Part shown: in pieces, positions 1 through 9,587 of the stretch
How the letters are laid out: every line of letters starts with the position of its first letter
Position numbering within the stretch: the first letter of the stretch is position 1
Position numbers and translations under genes: made by a program
The notes under the pieces: model-generated
The model's database searches: none
Told to the model about the DNA's origin: nothing
Seen by the model: only the letters and a program-made list of their open reading frames with translations
Source of the DNA: an uncultured Elusimicrobiales bacterium
Lineage (GTDB): Bacteria > Elusimicrobiota > Elusimicrobia > Elusimicrobiales > CAZFMJ01
Reading direction: 5' to 3'
NCBI GenBank assembly: GCA_964520045.1
Contig: CAZFMJ010000004.1
Location: 5,131-62,931 of the forward strand
Length of the DNA: 57,801 nt

Positions 1-223
1 ACCAGCCCGAAGCGTAAAAATGCTCAGCCAGTTTTGACGCCTGCGAATCGGATGGCGCATGAAATACAGCCAGCCGTATGCCTTTTATTTCAGTGGATAT
101 GGCCAAACCGAATATGGTCATCTGCACAAGCGGCATTACAAAAAGGATCATCCTCATGCGTATATCGCGCAGGGTCTGCGAAAATTCCTTATGAATAAAT
201 GCCATTATAGTATTAGAAGTCAT
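1..223 (-). CDS. ABC-2 type transporter permease (YbhR-like), 3' part runs off the window edge
   Basis: Not in the ORF track; translated by hand from ATG at 223, which overlaps the upstream TGA (ATGA): MTSNTIMAFIHKEFSQTLRDIRMRMILFVMPLVQMTIFGLAIS..., the typical KE-x4-RD N-terminus of YbhR/S permeases. Confidence 0.85.
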   Translation of the reverse strand, partial: MTSNTIMAFIHKEFSQTLRDIRMRMILFVMPLVQMTIFGLAISTEIKGIRLAVFHAPSDSQASKLAEHFYASGW

Positions 224-1332
224 GGTTCCAAATCCCGCTTAAACTTTTTGGCCGCGGCCGTGATAAGTATGACGTCCATCAAAAGAAGCGCGAAAAGAGG
301 TCCGGCAAGTTCCGTTATACCCGCTCCTTTAAGGAATATGCCCCGGCAGATCAGCATAAACCATCTTGGCGGAAGAACCGCGGTCAGATACTGAAAAAAC
401 AAAGGCATGCTCTCTATGGGAAAAACAAAACCGGAGAGAAGAAGAGAAGGAAGAAGCCCCATAAGCATGGAAAACTGCATCGCAAGCTGCTGCTGGCGCG
501 TGACTACGGATATAAGCAGTCCCTGCGAAAGCGCGGCTGTTAAAAACATAAGGCAGGATACCGCAAAAAGGATATGGCTTCCCCTGAACGGAACGCCGAA
601 TCCGGCTCTGGCGGTAAAATAGACGAATATCACGGAGATAATCCCTAGTCCGAGATACGGCATTATTTTGCCCAGAATAATTTCCATGGGCATGACGGGA
701 GTGGAAAGCAAAAGCTCCATTGAACCGTTTTCCCATTCCCGCGCAACCGTCAGAGCCGTCAAAAAAATCGCCATAAGCCCCAGCACTATAACTGTAAGTC
801 CGGGTATTATAAACCAGCGGCTGTTGAGTTCATGATTATAAAGAAAGCGCGTCCTGAGTTCTACAGATTCGGGAGGAGATATTCCGGACAGTCTTTTATG
901 GGCTGATTTGAGAATACCCGGAAGATAGCCGAGCACGGCCCCTGCCCGCGAATTATCGGCTCCGTCTAAAATAAACTGGGCTTCCGCAGATTTTCCGCCC
1001 GCCAGTTTATCCGCAAACCGCGGTTTTATCACAAGCGCCGCGCTGGCGCGCTCCGAATTCAACTCGCGCAGAACGCTTGAACCTTCCAAAGGACGAAGCA
1101 CTTTGAAATAACCGGAATCTGAAAAAATTTCCGCAAACTGCCGGGACAGTCTTGATTTGTCTGAATCATATACGGCCATGGAAATTCCGCTCACGTTAAA
1201 GTCTATGGCAAACCCGAAAAATGTCACCAGAATAACGGGCAGTCCCAATGCCAGAGCAAGAGTGAACGGGTCCCTTAAGATATGCCGAACCTCTTTGCCC
1301 GCTATTGAAACGGCTCTGCCTATTATAAACAT
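220..1332 (-). CDS. ABC-2 type transporter permease (YbhS-like)
   Basis: KEVRHILRDP N-terminus, AREWENGSMELLLSTP, LLSGFVFPIESMP; start moved from 1344 to ATG 1332. Confidence 0.9.
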   Translation of the reverse strand: MFIIGRAVSIAGKEVRHILRDPFTLALALGLPVILVTFFGFAIDFNVSGISMAVYDSDKSRLSRQFAEIFSDSGYFKVLRPLEGSSVLRELNSERASAALVIKPRFADKLAGGKSAEAQFILDGADNSRAGAVLGYLPGILKSAHKRLSGISPPESVELRTRFLYNHELNSRWFIIPGLTVIVLGLMAIFLTALTVAREWENGSMELLLSTPVMPMEIILGKIMPYLGLGIISVIFVYFTARAGFGVPFRGSHILFAVSCLMFLTAALSQGLLISVVTRQQQLAMQFSMLMGLLPSLLLSGFVFPIESMPLFFQYLTAVLPPRWFMLICRGIFLKGAGITELAGPLFALLLMDVILITAAAKKFKRDLEP

Positions 1333-1370
1333 ATTATTTCTCAAAATGACCGCTTCTGCGGTAATTTTGG

Positions 1371-1463
1371 GGTAGACGTCAGACGGTAAACGGTAGACGG
1401 TACAAACAAAACCGCTTTGTTAACATGCTTCTTCCCTCTCCGGTTTACCTTCCGCCGTCTGCC
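1371..1463. repeat. Inverted heptamer tandem-repeat pair, GGTAGAC family
   Basis: ggtagac gtcagac ggtaaac ggtagac ggtacaa (1371-1405) and complementary gtttacc ttccgcc gtctgcc (1443-1463), which overlaps the stop codon of the 1445 gene. Confidence 0.8.
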
Positions 1464-2389
1464 CTCTTATCGCTTTCCTCCACGAGACGGATAAAGACGT
1501 CCTCAAGAGACGGTTTTATGCGTCTGGCTGTAATGCCCTTCGGAATCTCCTGTTCCAGTTTCCGCCATACTTCTTCATCCTTAAGACTGAGATGAAAACG
1601 CAGGCCGTGGGGCTGGACGGAAATAACGCCCTCCCCGCGGATGAGCGCCTCCGGAACTTTGGTTCCGGCGGCGGCCGGGTTAAGTTCAATAAGCGGTCCG
1701 GCAAATGTTTTTTCCTTAAGCGCATGCGGAGAATCCAAAGCTATAAGCCTGCCGGCGGACATAAGCGCTATGCGTCCGCAATTTTCCGCTTCGTCCATGT
1801 AATGCGTTGTGACAAGAACGGTTTTGCCCGACTTGGTAAGCCTGCGTATCAAATTCCAAAATCTTTCTCTTGCGGCGGGAGCCACGCCGGAAGTCGGCTC
1901 GTCTAAAAACACTATTTCCGGGTCATGTAGTATGGCCGCGGCCAAAGCCAGTTCCTGCTTAAGCCCTCCGGGAAGACTGCGCACCATAGCATCGAGCCTA
2001 TGGTCAAAACCTATGAAATCCAGCAGTTCTTTGATGCGGACCGCGGCTGTTTTCGGCTCAAGCTTGCGCAGACCGGCGGTAAAAGCAAGATTTTCCTCCA
2101 CCGTAAGATCATCATAAAGGGTGAATTTCTGCGACATGTATCCAACCCTGCTTTTTATGGCTTTCCCTCCGTCCGCGAAATCCAGCCCGGCGACCTTCAC
2201 GCTTCCGGCCGTAGGCAGAAGAAGCCCGCACAAAGTGCGTATGGCTGTCGTCTTACCCGCTCCGTTCGCTCCCAGAAAACCGAATATCTCTCCGCTGTCT
2301 ACGGTAAAAGACAGCCTGTCCACGGCGGTAAATCCGCCGAAACGTATTGTGAGCTCATTGACTTCTATGGCGTAAGACTTGTTAATCAT
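1445..2389 (-). CDS. ABC transporter ATP-binding protein (YbhF-like)
   Basis: Walker A GANGAGKT, Walker B VFLDEPTSG, H-loop TTHYMDEAE; signature reads LPGG. Confidence 0.92.
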   Translation of the reverse strand: MINKSYAIEVNELTIRFGGFTAVDRLSFTVDSGEIFGFLGANGAGKTTAIRTLCGLLLPTAGSVKVAGLDFADGGKAIKSRVGYMSQKFTLYDDLTVEENLAFTAGLRKLEPKTAAVRIKELLDFIGFDHRLDAMVRSLPGGLKQELALAAAILHDPEIVFLDEPTSGVAPAARERFWNLIRRLTKSGKTVLVTTHYMDEAENCGRIALMSAGRLIALDSPHALKEKTFAGPLIELNPAAAGTKVPEALIRGEGVISVQPHGLRFHLSLKDEEVWRKLEQEIPKGITARRIKPSLEDVFIRLVEESDKRADGGR

Positions 2390-2402
2390 AGTTATCGCCG
2401 AT

Positions 2403-2552
2403 GCTAGACGGCTGGACCGCTTGACGGCTAGACAGCCAGACAGAAAAAAGTCACCATGTCACCAGTTTTAACAGCACAAGAAACTCTGAATCTTATTCTT
2501 ATACATTCTCCCCTCTATCAGCCCTCAGCCTTCAGTCTTCAGCCTTCAGCCT
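2403..2552. repeat. Cluster of octamer (GCTAGACG x5, GTCACCA(T/G) x2) and heptamer (TCAGCCT x5) tandem repeats
   Basis: gctagacg gctggacc gcttgacg gctagaca gccagaca (2403-2442); gtcaccat gtcaccag (2450-2465); tcagccc tcagcct tcagtct tcagcct tcagcct (2518-2552). Confidence 0.85.
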
Positions 2553-3272
2553 GCTTTTCTTACTGCGTCTTATAAACAGCTCTTCAAAACTTTCAGCGCC
2601 TTCCTGTTTAAGTATTTCTTTGGGTTCGCCAGAAGCCAGCGCCAGCCCCGATTCCAATAAATGCACTTTGGAACAGCGCTCCGCTTCGTCCATATATGCG
2701 GTGGAAATAACAACCAGAATTTTCTGCCCGGCAAGGCGGTATAAAAGCTCCCATAATTCCCTGCGGCTTATAGGATCCACTCCGTTGGTAGGCTCATCCA
2801 GAAGGATTGCCTTCGGAGACTGCAGAAGCGCGCACATAAGGCCGAGTTTTTTATACATGCCTCCGGACAACTGCCCCGCTCTGCGGTCCCTGAATTTATC
2901 CAGACGCGTAATTCTCAGCAGTTCTTCCGCTTTGGCGCGGTAAATATCAGCGGGAAGCTGATACAAACCGCGAAAAAAATCCAGATGCTCGCTGCAGGAA
3001 AGATCGGGATACAGGCTCTGCCGCTGAGGCATATATGCCATGGCGGGCCGGGCCAGCGCAAAAGTCAAAGCCCGCCCGTCTTCGCTGTAGGTTATGTCCC
3101 CCTCATCAGGATGAAGAAGCCCCATAAGAGAGCGCAAAAGAGTGGTTTTACCGGCCCCATCAGGTCCTATGACTCCATGCAGAAGGCCCGCGGAAAAATC
3201 CAAAGACACGCCCGCCAGAGCCTGATTTTGGCCCAGCTTTTTCCGCAAGCCCCGTGTCTTTATGCCTATCAT
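2532..3272 (-). CDS. ABC transporter ATP-binding protein (YbhF-like)
   Basis: GPDGAGKTT, LSGGM, LLDEPTNGVDP, STAYMDEAE. Confidence 0.92.
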   Translation of the reverse strand: MIGIKTRGLRKKLGQNQALAGVSLDFSAGLLHGVIGPDGAGKTTLLRSLMGLLHPDEGDITYSEDGRALTFALARPAMAYMPQRQSLYPDLSCSEHLDFFRGLYQLPADIYRAKAEELLRITRLDKFRDRRAGQLSGGMYKKLGLMCALLQSPKAILLDEPTNGVDPISRRELWELLYRLAGQKILVVISTAYMDEAERCSKVHLLESGLALASGEPKEILKQEGAESFEELFIRRSKKSRLKAED

Positions 3273-3293
3273 ATATATGCCCCAGAAAAAAGC

Positions 3294-3324
3294 GGCCAGT
3301 CACCAGCGGCCCAGCCGCCCGGCA
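3294..3324. repeat. Degenerate octamer repeat arm (GCCCAGCC, reverse complement of the GCTAGACG family)
   Basis: ggccagtc accagcg gcccagcc gcccggca. Confidence 0.5.
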
Positions 3325-3387
3325 ATCCCATGCCTGACCCTTTCAATGCTAAGGAAGTTATCCGCTGGAAAATCGGAAGACCCCTAA

Positions 3388-4110
3388 TTACTCCGGCAGA
3401 CGCGCTTCTATCGTCATGCCCGGCTTAAGAATCCGTTCGTCATTGGGAAATGTTATTTTCACTCCGTAGACCAAACGCGTGCGCTCCTCCCGTGTTTGAA
3501 CATTTTTGGGAGTGAACTCCGCCTCATCGTTAATATGGCTTATTCTCCCCTTGAATATCCGGCCTTTCATTTCAGGAATAATGCCGTCGACGGGCATGTT
3601 TAGAGATAATTTTGCGAGCAATGTCTGCGGGACATATACCAGCGCCCACACCTCGCTTAAATCGGCAAGCGTGAGAAGTTTCATTCCCGGAGAAACCAGT
3701 TCATTAGCCTCATGATAAGTAGAAAGCACGGTGGCGTTAATGGGAGACTTAATGACGCACCAATCAAGCTTTAGCGCGGCCTCATCGCGCTTGTTTTTAA
3801 GCCGGTCATAAGTCTCCTGGCTCATGGAGCTGTCGCGCAGCTGCTGCGCCCTCTTGAAATCCCTGTCGGCTATATCGGCCGAAAGCTTTATATCTTCGCA
3901 GGACAGCTTCACCAATGACTCCCCTGCCGATACATTTGCGCCCTCTTTGGCGTCAAAGGACGCGATTACCGAACCAAGCCTCGGCGATATATCAACTTCA
4001 ACCGCCTCAATGGTTCCGGCATAAAGGAAATCCCGTTGTTTCAGCAGCTTAAAAGCCAGAACCAGCGCTATAATTACCGCCGCCGCAATTATGATTTTTT
4101 TCCGTTTCAT
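3388..4110 (-). CDS. HlyD-family membrane fusion / periplasmic adaptor protein (YbhG-like)
   Basis: N-terminal TM anchor, lipoyl half-motifs, AEFTPKNVQTREER motif typical of YbhG. Confidence 0.9.
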   Translation of the reverse strand: MKRKKIIIAAAVIIALVLAFKLLKQRDFLYAGTIEAVEVDISPRLGSVIASFDAKEGANVSAGESLVKLSCEDIKLSADIADRDFKRAQQLRDSSMSQETYDRLKNKRDEAALKLDWCVIKSPINATVLSTYHEANELVSPGMKLLTLADLSEVWALVYVPQTLLAKLSLNMPVDGIIPEMKGRIFKGRISHINDEAEFTPKNVQTREERTRLVYGVKITFPNDERILKPGMTIEARLPE

Positions 4111-5463
4111 TTAATTCTCCTTTGAAAGACTTGAAAGCACGGCAAGCTGTATGAGAATCTGGACGTCCGTTTTTGCGGACTGAACCTTGGCTTCCAGTTC
4201 CCGCAGATTGGCGGACTGGACTTCAATAAAAGTCGACCTTCCGGCCTTGTAAGATTCATAGACAAGCCCTGCTAATTCTTCCGCTTCGGCCGACGCCCGC
4301 CTGTTTATTTCCCTCTGCGTTTTCAGGCTTAACAGCTGGTCTCCGGCTTTAAGCCGATCCCTTTTTAAATCCCTCAGAACAGCTTCCCTGCGGCTGTCAG
4401 CCGACATCGCATGGCTGTTCAAATCCCGCGCCTCGCTCGCGGTGCGGCCTGATTCAAAAAGAGGAAAGCTTGCGGAAATGCCGGCCATGTTCTGATGGAA
4501 TGATTCCAACACCGGACCGTTCGGGTAATCCAGACTGCTTCGGCCGCTTAAAATAACTTTGGGCCAACGCCCCGCGCTTATGCTTTGAGCCGTAATGCGC
4601 GCTGATTGCGCCATTGAACTTAAAGCCGAAAGCGCCGGATGATTTTCATCTATTTTGGAAAGCTCAGCCCGCGCCAGACCGCGCATGGAATCCTCCAGCG
4701 GATCAAGGGAAATCAGAGCCGAAGGCGGTTCTGTTTCATCGGGCAAAGAATCCGCCGTATCCGAACTCAGCGGATTGGACAAATCAGCGGAAGGCTCGTC
4801 TCCGGTCAACGCAAAAAGCTCCCGCAGAGAACCGGCGAGCTCCGCCCGCGATTGGCGGAACTGGCTCATGCGCCGGAGCGCTTCCTGATGAGCGGCAAGG
4901 CTGTCCATGCGGCTGGACGCCCCGGCCTGCCTGCGTTTTTCTATGTCTTTGTACTGAGACTGCGCCAGTTTAAGCGAATCGCCCAGCAAACGAACCTGCT
5001 CCAAAGCCAGCTGGGCCTGAAAATATGCCAGCCGCGTTTTTAAGCGGATATTTTTTAGCGCGGCTTTATATTCCCATGATTTTGCGGCGGCTGCGGCATC
5101 CGCCGCCTGCCATGCTCCGCGCAGAGCTCCTTTGTCCCAAAGGGTCCATGTCAGGGAAGGTCCCAACGAATAATTATTATTGTCTCCCAGAGTCATGTTT
5201 CTGCCTCCGGCCAAAGACAGGGCGGGAACTTCACTTAAATATTTCCAGCCTGCGTCAAAAGTCAGTTTGGGAAAAAGACCGCCCAGCCTGCCCTCCCGCC
5301 GGCTGGATGCCGACTCCGCATCAAAACCCGCGGCCTGAAGAAGCGGAGAGTTTTTTTCGGCATCTCCCTCGGCGGACCGCAGTTTTATGCGCAGAACGGG
5401 AATTTCAGCTGAAACGGTATAATTACAGGCTACAAACAGGAATAGACCCAGTATAAGTTTCAT
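4111..5463 (-). CDS. TolC-family outer membrane efflux protein
   Basis: Signal peptide, two OEP repeats (FPKLTF...LWDKG; WPKVIL...FPLFESG; YKAGRSTFIEV), operon context. Confidence 0.88.
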   Translation of the reverse strand: MKLILGLFLFVACNYTVSAEIPVLRIKLRSAEGDAEKNSPLLQAAGFDAESASSRREGRLGGLFPKLTFDAGWKYLSEVPALSLAGGRNMTLGDNNNYSLGPSLTWTLWDKGALRGAWQAADAAAAAKSWEYKAALKNIRLKTRLAYFQAQLALEQVRLLGDSLKLAQSQYKDIEKRRQAGASSRMDSLAAHQEALRRMSQFRQSRAELAGSLRELFALTGDEPSADLSNPLSSDTADSLPDETEPPSALISLDPLEDSMRGLARAELSKIDENHPALSALSSMAQSARITAQSISAGRWPKVILSGRSSLDYPNGPVLESFHQNMAGISASFPLFESGRTASEARDLNSHAMSADSRREAVLRDLKRDRLKAGDQLLSLKTQREINRRASAEAEELAGLVYESYKAGRSTFIEVQSANLRELEAKVQSAKTDVQILIQLAVLSSLSKEN

Positions 5464-6098
5464 TACTTGTCCCCCCTTAAAGCTTTTAACGCCAAATCCA
5501 CTCTTTCCGCTATAGCGGAATCCGAGGCCAGCATCGGCGCGACCAGTTTTACGGCCAAACCGAAAGGCCTGCGTAATAACGCCTGCTCAATAACTCCCAT
5601 CACTATGTTGGGCGCGACGCTGCTGCCCGCAAGAAACGCTATGGCTGAGGGCAGGGGCATTTTTTTTATAAGCCCCTGTTTCTGGCAGTCTCTCACAAGT
5701 CCGGCTATGATCAGCAGATGGCGCGGAATATTGGCCCGGGCAAAACCCGCCGCCTCGGCATTCTCGTCCAAAACATCCCGGAAAATCATCAGAAACAGCC
5801 TGCGGTTGTCTCTTGCAAATTTTGACAGGGTTATAAGCGCGCAGCGCAGACGCTCCAAAGGCGGGACATCCTTGCCTGTTTCTACGCTGAAATTCTTAAA
5901 AAATTCTTCGTATATTTCCTGAAGCACCAGTAGGGCGAATTTCCGCTTTGTTTTAAAATGATAATGGAACATTCCGAGATTGACGCCCGCCTCCTGCGCC
6001 ACCCGGCGCAGGCTTAGGCCGGACACGCCGGTCTCAGGCAGAAGCCTGCGCCCCGCCTGAATGAGAAGTTTATCGGTATTTTTGGAAGGTCTGGACAT
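5463..6098 (-). CDS. TetR/AcrR-family transcriptional regulator
   Basis: HTH LSLRRVAQEAGVNLGMFHYHFKTK; first gene of the efflux operon, the position CecR/YbiH occupies. Confidence 0.92.
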   Translation of the reverse strand: MSRPSKNTDKLLIQAGRRLLPETGVSGLSLRRVAQEAGVNLGMFHYHFKTKRKFALLVLQEIYEEFFKNFSVETGKDVPPLERLRCALITLSKFARDNRRLFLMIFRDVLDENAEAAGFARANIPRHLLIIAGLVRDCQKQGLIKKMPLPSAIAFLAGSSVAPNIVMGVIEQALLRRPFGLAVKLVAPMLASDSAIAERVDLALKALRGDK

Positions 6099-6321
6099 AA
6101 TTTTCCCCTGCGCCTTGAAATAAATTTAGCCACAATAAAGCACAAAAGGCATCCAAACAATCCTCAAAGGCAGTGAGTTTGGATAGTCCCATTCTCAAAG
6201 TATTCAAGGAAAGAATGGGGCACAAAAAATGATGCTACTGTTTATGTGTTTTATATGCTTTTTGCAACTAACCATAGGATTTAAATTCCCGAGCCTTAAG
6301 TTATTACTATACGCTAGTATA

Positions 6322-6350
6322 ATTATACACCTGAATAGTAATTTTGTCAA
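6322..6350 (-). promoter_or_regulatory. Consensus sigma70 promoter pointing toward the TetR/efflux operon
   Basis: Minus strand TTGACA (6350-6345), 17-nt spacer, TATAAT (6327-6322); the -10 lies inside the perfect palindrome GTATAATTATAC (6317-6328). Confidence 0.75.
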
Positions 6351-6365
6351 GGCCTGCTCAAACAT

Positions 6366-6450
6366 GGGAAACGGTAAATGGTAGATGGCAAAACAACAAA
6401 AAGGCAATTCAGTTGCCAGCCGCTATCTGCTTTCTACTATCTACTATCCT
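6366..6450. repeat. Inverted heptamer tandem-repeat pair (GGTAGAT / CTATCTA)
   Basis: gggaaac ggtaaat ggtagat ggcaaaa ... ctatctg ctttcta ctatcta ctatcct. Confidence 0.75.
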
Positions 6451-6564
6451 CCTTCGATTTTTAAATTTCACGCTTGCGCAGCGCCCATGCCGTAAGATTT
6501 GCGGACAAACGACAGCTGTATTTTTAGGGTTTACGTCTGAAAAATAGGAGAAAACGGTCAATTA

Positions 6565-6573
6565 TGCTATAAT
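6565..6573 (+). promoter_or_regulatory. Extended -10 promoter element upstream of the radical SAM gene
   Basis: TGcTATAAT, about 108 nt before ATG 6681. Confidence 0.55.
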
Positions 6574-6680
6574 TAAAAATGTCAGGTACGGTTCCTTCCT
6601 CAAGCTAAGCAGAATCTGCTCGATAAGCCGCACATACAGGAATTTACCGTGAATATCTCAGATTAAAGGTAAATTCAATA

Positions 6681-8276
6681 ATGAACAAGACAAAAACAAA
6701 AAAACTTCTTCTTACAAGCATCTGCCGTCCCCTTGGTCCGGAACACGGAGACGGGATCGGCGTAGGCTACGAAACTATGCACGGCCAGATAACCAGAGCG
6801 CAGGGGCTGTTCAGCCCGCGCACTACGCAGATTCACTTTTCGCTGGATTATATAGCCGAAAATCTCGAAATTCCCGCAGTAGTGCTTCAATACCCCTCCC
6901 GCAGGGAATTCATACGGGAACTTAAAAAGGGCTATGATTTTGTGGGAATATCTTTCATCCTTGCCACATTCCACAAAATGAAAGAAATGGCCGGCTTGGT
7001 GCGGAAATACTCTCCCGCGAGCAAAATAATACTGGGGGGCTACGGCACGGTTTTGAATGACGATACTTTAAAGCAGTACGGCGACTACTTCTGCAGAGGC
7101 GAGGGGATTTCATTTATGCGCCAGCTTTTGGGGGAACCCCCGATTTCCGCTCCTTACAAGCATCCGCTCATTGAAAACACTCTCAAGGTTTTCTCAATTC
7201 CGGCTTCGACATCAGGCACGATATTCGCCGGACTGGGCTGTCCGAACGGATGCGATTTCTGCTGCACTTCGCACTTTTTCAAGCGAAAGCACATAAAACT
7301 CCTGCCCGACGGCAAAGACATCTACAATGTGGTTGAGCGCTACCTGGAAAAAAATCCCGAAATACAATTTACGATTATAGACGAGGATTTTCTTTTGAAT
7401 AAAGAACGGGCTATGCAGTTCCGCGACTGCGTGCAGGCCGGCGGCAAACCGGTATCTATTTTTGTGTTTTCAAGCGTGCGCGCCATAAGCCAGTACAGCG
7501 TTCACGAAATACTTGATATGGGCATAGACGGTTTCTGGATAGGCTACGAAGGCTCCGCTTCCGGATACGGCAAACAGGGCGGCAGGCCGGTAGACGAGCT
7601 TTTCCTCGAGCTTAAGGAACACGGGATAAACATACTGGCATCCATGATCGTGGGATTCGACTACCAGACTCCGGAAGTAATAGCCAAAGAGCTTGACGGG
7701 CTGATGAAGCTCAAACCCGGTTTTGTCCAATGCATGATATACGGCGGAACTCCGGGAACGCCTTTTTACGACAAAATAGTGTCGCAAGGGCTCCTGCATA
7801 ATAAATATGCGGAGATGGACAAATACTGCCTCGGCGCTACCGGCTTTAATTCCATGGTAAAACACCCGGCCATGTCGCCTTCGGAAATAGAAAAAATCCA
7901 GCGCTGGTGCTTTGATCAGGATTTTCAGAGACTCGGCCCGTCCATATACCGCTCTCTTGACACATGGCTTATGGGATACAAGAACTGGAAAAAATCTTCC
8001 AATGCCCTGCTCCTGAAAAAAGCGGAATTATTAGGCGCGCAGCTGAGGAAAAGTTACCCCATATTTCTTGCGGGACGGTTATTCGGGCCCAATCGGTCCG
8101 TGCGCAGATGGATACGGGATTTGGAACGGAGCATCCACTCCGAACTGGGCCGTCCGACATCGGCGCAAAAACTGACGGCATGGGCCGCCGTAGCCGCCGC
8201 AGGCTGGACCGCAATAACCCTGCGCCTTAAAATTTTCCAGCATCCCCGCATGATCCGCTCGACATTCAGAATGTAA
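6681..8276 (+). CDS. B12-binding domain radical SAM protein (class B methyltransferase-like)
   Basis: N-terminal cobalamin-binding-like region (DFVGISF...KIILGGYG), CPNGCDFC 4Fe-4S motif, IIDEDF, IGYEG, SMIVGFD. Confidence 0.85.
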   Translation: MNKTKTKKLLLTSICRPLGPEHGDGIGVGYETMHGQITRAQGLFSPRTTQIHFSLDYIAENLEIPAVVLQYPSRREFIRELKKGYDFVGISFILATFHKMKEMAGLVRKYSPASKIILGGYGTVLNDDTLKQYGDYFCRGEGISFMRQLLGEPPISAPYKHPLIENTLKVFSIPASTSGTIFAGLGCPNGCDFCCTSHFFKRKHIKLLPDGKDIYNVVERYLEKNPEIQFTIIDEDFLLNKERAMQFRDCVQAGGKPVSIFVFSSVRAISQYSVHEILDMGIDGFWIGYEGSASGYGKQGGRPVDELFLELKEHGINILASMIVGFDYQTPEVIAKELDGLMKLKPGFVQCMIYGGTPGTPFYDKIVSQGLLHNKYAEMDKYCLGATGFNSMVKHPAMSPSEIEKIQRWCFDQDFQRLGPSIYRSLDTWLMGYKNWKKSSNALLLKKAELLGAQLRKSYPIFLAGRLFGPNRSVRRWIRDLERSIHSELGRPTSAQKLTAWAAVAAAGWTAITLRLKIFQHPRMIRSTFRM

Positions 8277-8292
8277 TCTCCTGAAAACCGGC

Positions 8293-9543
8293 ATGAAACG
8301 CCTTTTAAATCAGATTTTACCCCTCCTGCTGATTGCGTCAATTGGGCCCGGAGCGGCAGCCGCCGTCTCCATTCCCGCAAACGCATTTCAAATTGTAGAA
8401 AGCGTGCCTTCTGAGACAATACTTGGCTCCACAGATATTCCCCGCACCGCCGATGTCTGGCTGGACATGATAAACGGAGCTGAAAAATCGCTGGACATAG
8501 AGGTTTTTTACATAGCAGCGTCTTCGGGCTCGCGTATGGAAGAAGTATTGAACGCCGTAAAATCCGCATGTCTGCGCGGAGTGAAAACGCGGGTGCTGGT
8601 GGACTCCGTGTTTTATAAAAAGGAGCATAGCGGCACGGATGAACTTAAAGCCGTCCATGGACTGGAACTGCGCGTTATCCCGGTCTCCGCCTTAACCGGC
8701 GGGATTATGCATGCCAAATTTTTCATTGCCGACGGCAGGGAAGTTTTTGCCGGCAGCCAAAACTTTGACTGGAGAGCGCTGGAACACATACATGAAATAG
8801 GCGCCCGCATAAATGATTCAGGGCTGGCAAACGCCTTTCTTGAAATTTTCAACAGAGACTGGGAAATCGCGGTTTCGTCCGAAACAGGAAAGATGCGGAT
8901 GCGGGCGGACAAAAATTCCGTTACGGATAAAAATCCGCTCCTGCTGGATACCGCAGATTACGGAAAGCTGGAAATATACCCGGCCTTCAGCCCGCCTTCC
9001 CTTACTCCCGCGGGTTTAAATCTTGAGGAACAGGAATTGATAAAACTAATAGACGGCGCGAACGATGAACTTCTTATTCAGGTCATGACTTTTATGCCCG
9101 AAGAAAAGAAAAAGGGCGCGGTTTGGAATACGATCAAACAGGCTTTGGCCATGGCGGGACGCCGCGGAGTAAAAACAAAACTTCTGCTTTCAGACTGGGC
9201 TCTCAAGAAAAATGCCCTGAAAGCTCTTAAAAAATTATCCTCCTTAAACGGCATGGAGTTGAGGATAATTACTATACCTCGGCACAGTTCGGGCTTTATC
9301 CCCTACTCCCGGGTGGATCATTCAAAGTATATGGCGGTTGACGGCAAAATTGCGTGGATAAGCACCTCCAACTGGGAAAGGGGATATTTTCAGGAAAGCA
9401 GGGACGCCGCGCTGATCATAAAAGGCGGGAATGCGGCGGAAAAGCTCTCTGAGATTTTTTACCGGAGCTGGAACAGCCCTTACAGCGAAGAATTCGACCC
9501 CCAGAAACACACCAAGCCGGCTTGGAAACAGAGACCGCAATAA
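8293..9543 (+). CDS. Exported phospholipase D superfamily protein (PLD3/PLD4-like)
   Basis: Signal peptide; VESVP; two HKD motifs, HAKFFIAD...GSQNFDWRAL and HSKYMAVD...STSNW. Confidence 0.85.
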   Translation: MKRLLNQILPLLLIASIGPGAAAAVSIPANAFQIVESVPSETILGSTDIPRTADVWLDMINGAEKSLDIEVFYIAASSGSRMEEVLNAVKSACLRGVKTRVLVDSVFYKKEHSGTDELKAVHGLELRVIPVSALTGGIMHAKFFIADGREVFAGSQNFDWRALEHIHEIGARINDSGLANAFLEIFNRDWEIAVSSETGKMRMRADKNSVTDKNPLLLDTADYGKLEIYPAFSPPSLTPAGLNLEEQELIKLIDGANDELLIQVMTFMPEEKKKGAVWNTIKQALAMAGRRGVKTKLLLSDWALKKNALKALKKLSSLNGMELRIITIPRHSSGFIPYSRVDHSKYMAVDGKIAWISTSNWERGYFQESRDAALIIKGGNAAEKLSEIFYRSWNSPYSEEFDPQKHTKPAWKQRPQ

Positions 9544-9587
9544 TTATCGCGTATTCAAATCGGACAAAACACTGCTTAAATCAACTT

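Noticed and set aside
6575-6680. Cobalamin or SAM riboswitch upstream of the B12 radical SAM gene
   Set aside because: No recognisable B12-box or SAM-I core, and the leader is short; an Rfam scan would be needed.
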